Source of the DNA: Prorocentrum cordatum | Lineage: Eukaryota | Direction: 5' to 3' | Length of the DNA: 64,000 bases | Assembly (NCBI GenBank): GCA_963575745.1 | Contig: CAUYUJ010000045.1 | Location: 1-64,000, forward strand | Part shown: in pieces, positions 61,801-64,000 of the stretch | Layout of the letters: each line of letters starts with the position of its first letter | How positions within the stretch are numbered: the first letter of the stretch is position 1 | Notes under the pieces: model-generated | The model's input: the letters and a program-made list of their open reading frames with translations, nothing else | Database searches by the model: none | What the model was told of the DNA's origin: nothing | Position numbers and translations under genes: made by a program

Positions 61801-62799
61801 TTGATTGGGGGCCCCATCGCAGATCGCTACACGCGCAATCGTCAGCGCCGACAGGGCCAAGAGCAACGCCGCGAAGGTGGATGGCGCCAAGCTCGACTCG
61901 GTCCGCCATTGCAAGAAGCGCGCGAAGCGGGGTGAAAAGTGGATCTGGGCGAAGCCAACCAACGTGCGCCTCTCGACGCACGAGCTTCCCAGTGGGTCTG
62001 AGGTGAAGACAAGGGAAAGCACTTAGATCATGGATCGAGCGCGGCGTTTCATCCGCGAGACGCTTAGAGGCCGCTCCATGGCGCCGGGCGCCGAGAGGTC
62101 TGCTGCCGCCGTTCGCAGCGCACAGTGGCCGTGCTGGAATCGAGCAAAAGATCTATGGCTGCGGGCGGGCGAGACGATGAGGGCGAATTCCCGGCGCGCG
62201 CGGGCTCGCCGCGTGGTCGGGCGGGGGGAGCTGCGGCGCTCAGACGCCGCACCTTGGATGGACTGTCTTTGGGCGCGTGCAGCGCCGTAGACCAAGTGCC
62301 GCGCTATCGTCGCAGGAGGAAAACCATCGCCCGCGTCGTCGCATTTCGGAGCCGGCTGAACAACATCCTTAGCTGATGTAGAGCCACATATAATGTCCAG
62401 ATTGGCATGTTCGGCTGCTTGAGTAGCTTGACCAGCGTGCCAACATCCTACCGATGATAAACAACACACTTCGTCACCCCATCAAAACCGAATCATTGCC
62501 AGTCCTGACGCGGCCACCGCCGCGCGTTATTCCCTTGGATAAATTGCGCTGGAATCGAAACCAGAGCGAATTCGATTGCAGCCCATTGCATAACAACCGT
62601 TTGGCATGCAGCAGCCAGTGATGTTGCAATCGGACGTTAGCGATTGCTTGGCTTGCAGCCAGTTGCACTGCAACTGCATGTATTGCGAGCGATTGAATTG
62701 CAATTGGTTGGGTTGCAGATAGCAAAGCGGATCGCTGGATACTTGTGTGTGTGGGGGGCTAGCACGCACACACACACGCACACATACATATACACATAT

Positions 62800-64000
62800 A
62801 CATACCTATACGACCACCCTTCGGGTGATAAGGAGGTGGGGGGGGGGGGGGGCCAACGTCGCACTCGATCGATTTCACTTTCGATATCACGATCGATCTC
62901 ACTATCGATCTCACATTCGGTCTCACGATCGATCTCACTATCGATCTCTCATTCGGTCTCACTATCGATTTCCCTATCGATCTCACATTCGGTCTCACTA
63001 TCGATCTCACTATCGATATCACTATCGATCTCGCAATCGATCTCACATTCGGTCTCACTGTCGATCTCACTATCGATCTCACTATCGATCTCACCATCGA
63101 GTTCACATTCGGTCTCACGATCGATCTCACTTTCGGCCTCACTATCGATCTCACTATCGATCTCACATTCGGTTTCACTATCGATCTCACTATCGATATC
63201 GATCTCACAATCGATCTCACAATCGATCTCACAATCAATCTCACTTTCGGTCTCACTATCGATTTCACTATCGATATCACAATCGATCTCACAATTGATC
63301 TCACATTCGGTCTCACTATCGATATCACATTCGGTTTCTCTATCGATATCATCATTACCATCATCATCATCAGCACCATCATCATCATCATCAACATCAT
63401 CATCATCGGGACACCACCGGGACACCGACGGGACACCGGCGGGACACCGGCGGGGCACCGCGCGCCACCGGCCGCCCGGTGGAGAATCACGTGGTCCGGC
63501 CGCGCCTCAGCCACAGAGGACACCACCAGGACACAGGCGGGACACCGCGCGCCACCGGCCGCCCGGTGGAGAATCATTTGGTCCGGCCGCGCCTCAGCCA
63601 CAGGAGACTTTCCTCTCGCCCGCCCGCGCAGCTTCGCCTCGCCCGCACGCACGGCACGCACGAACACGAAACCGAAATCGATTTCCCGGTAGGGGGGCTC
63701 TCCGTTCCACTTCGATCACGCCCCCTCACCTCCGATCTATATATATATACCTATGCGACCACCCATCGGGTGATAAGGAGGCGAAGGGGGGGAGGGACCA
63801 ACGTCGCACTCGATCGATCTCACTCTCGATATCACTGTCGATCTCACTATCGATCGCACATTCGGTCTCACTATCGATCTCACTATCGATCTCCCGTTCG
63901 GTCTCACTATCGATTTCCCTTTCGATCTCACATTCGGTCTCGCTAATGATCTCACTATCGATATCACTTTCGATATCGCAATCGATCTCACATTCGGTCT
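62800..64000. repeat. Two tandem copies of an element with a hairpin-bearing head followed by a (CGATCTCACTAT)n 12-bp array
   Basis: Head TACCTAT(A/G)CGACCACCC(T/A)TCGGGTGATAAGGAGG...CCAACGTCGCACTCGATCGAT at ~62802 and ~63748. Confidence 0.9.

Overview
Repeat- and transposon-dense eukaryotic DNA, almost certainly dinoflagellate: an exact 22-nt dinoflagellate spliced leader (DinoSL) sits at 48158-48179, and GA-AG/GC-AG introns and DNMT-bearing retroelements are present. (1) 1-9.3 kb is a mosaic of unrelated satellites and microsatellites. Several of them end in a shared purine-rich plus hairpin cassette. (2) 9354-32174 is a degenerate ~22.8-kb Ty1/copia LTR retrotransposon with ~310-bp LTRs (~92% identical by hand count). 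After gag-PR-INT-RT-RNaseH it carries ~12 kb of extra same-strand coding cargo: a C5-DNA-methyltransferase-like domain, an SGNH-hydrolase-like domain, an H-Y-type ADP-ribosyltransferase-like domain, a Tpt1/KptA-like domain and unknown ORFs. It also holds ~30 copies of a GGC(C/A)(A/C)AGCC motif. (3) Three small exons of a host inositol-polyphosphate-kinase-like gene lie at 32715-52889. The 18.3-kb intron between the first two contains a (TAG)n tract, a 90-bp satellite, an intron-containing helicase fragment, a DNMT-LINE starting with one full and two relict spliced leaders, a second DNMT fragment, and a head-to-head SL-capped LINE ORF1. (4) A decayed family-A-like (TVpol-type) polymerase region with a possible helicase at 58-62 kb, plus further microsatellites. 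All protein assignments are by-eye motif matches; no searches were run.
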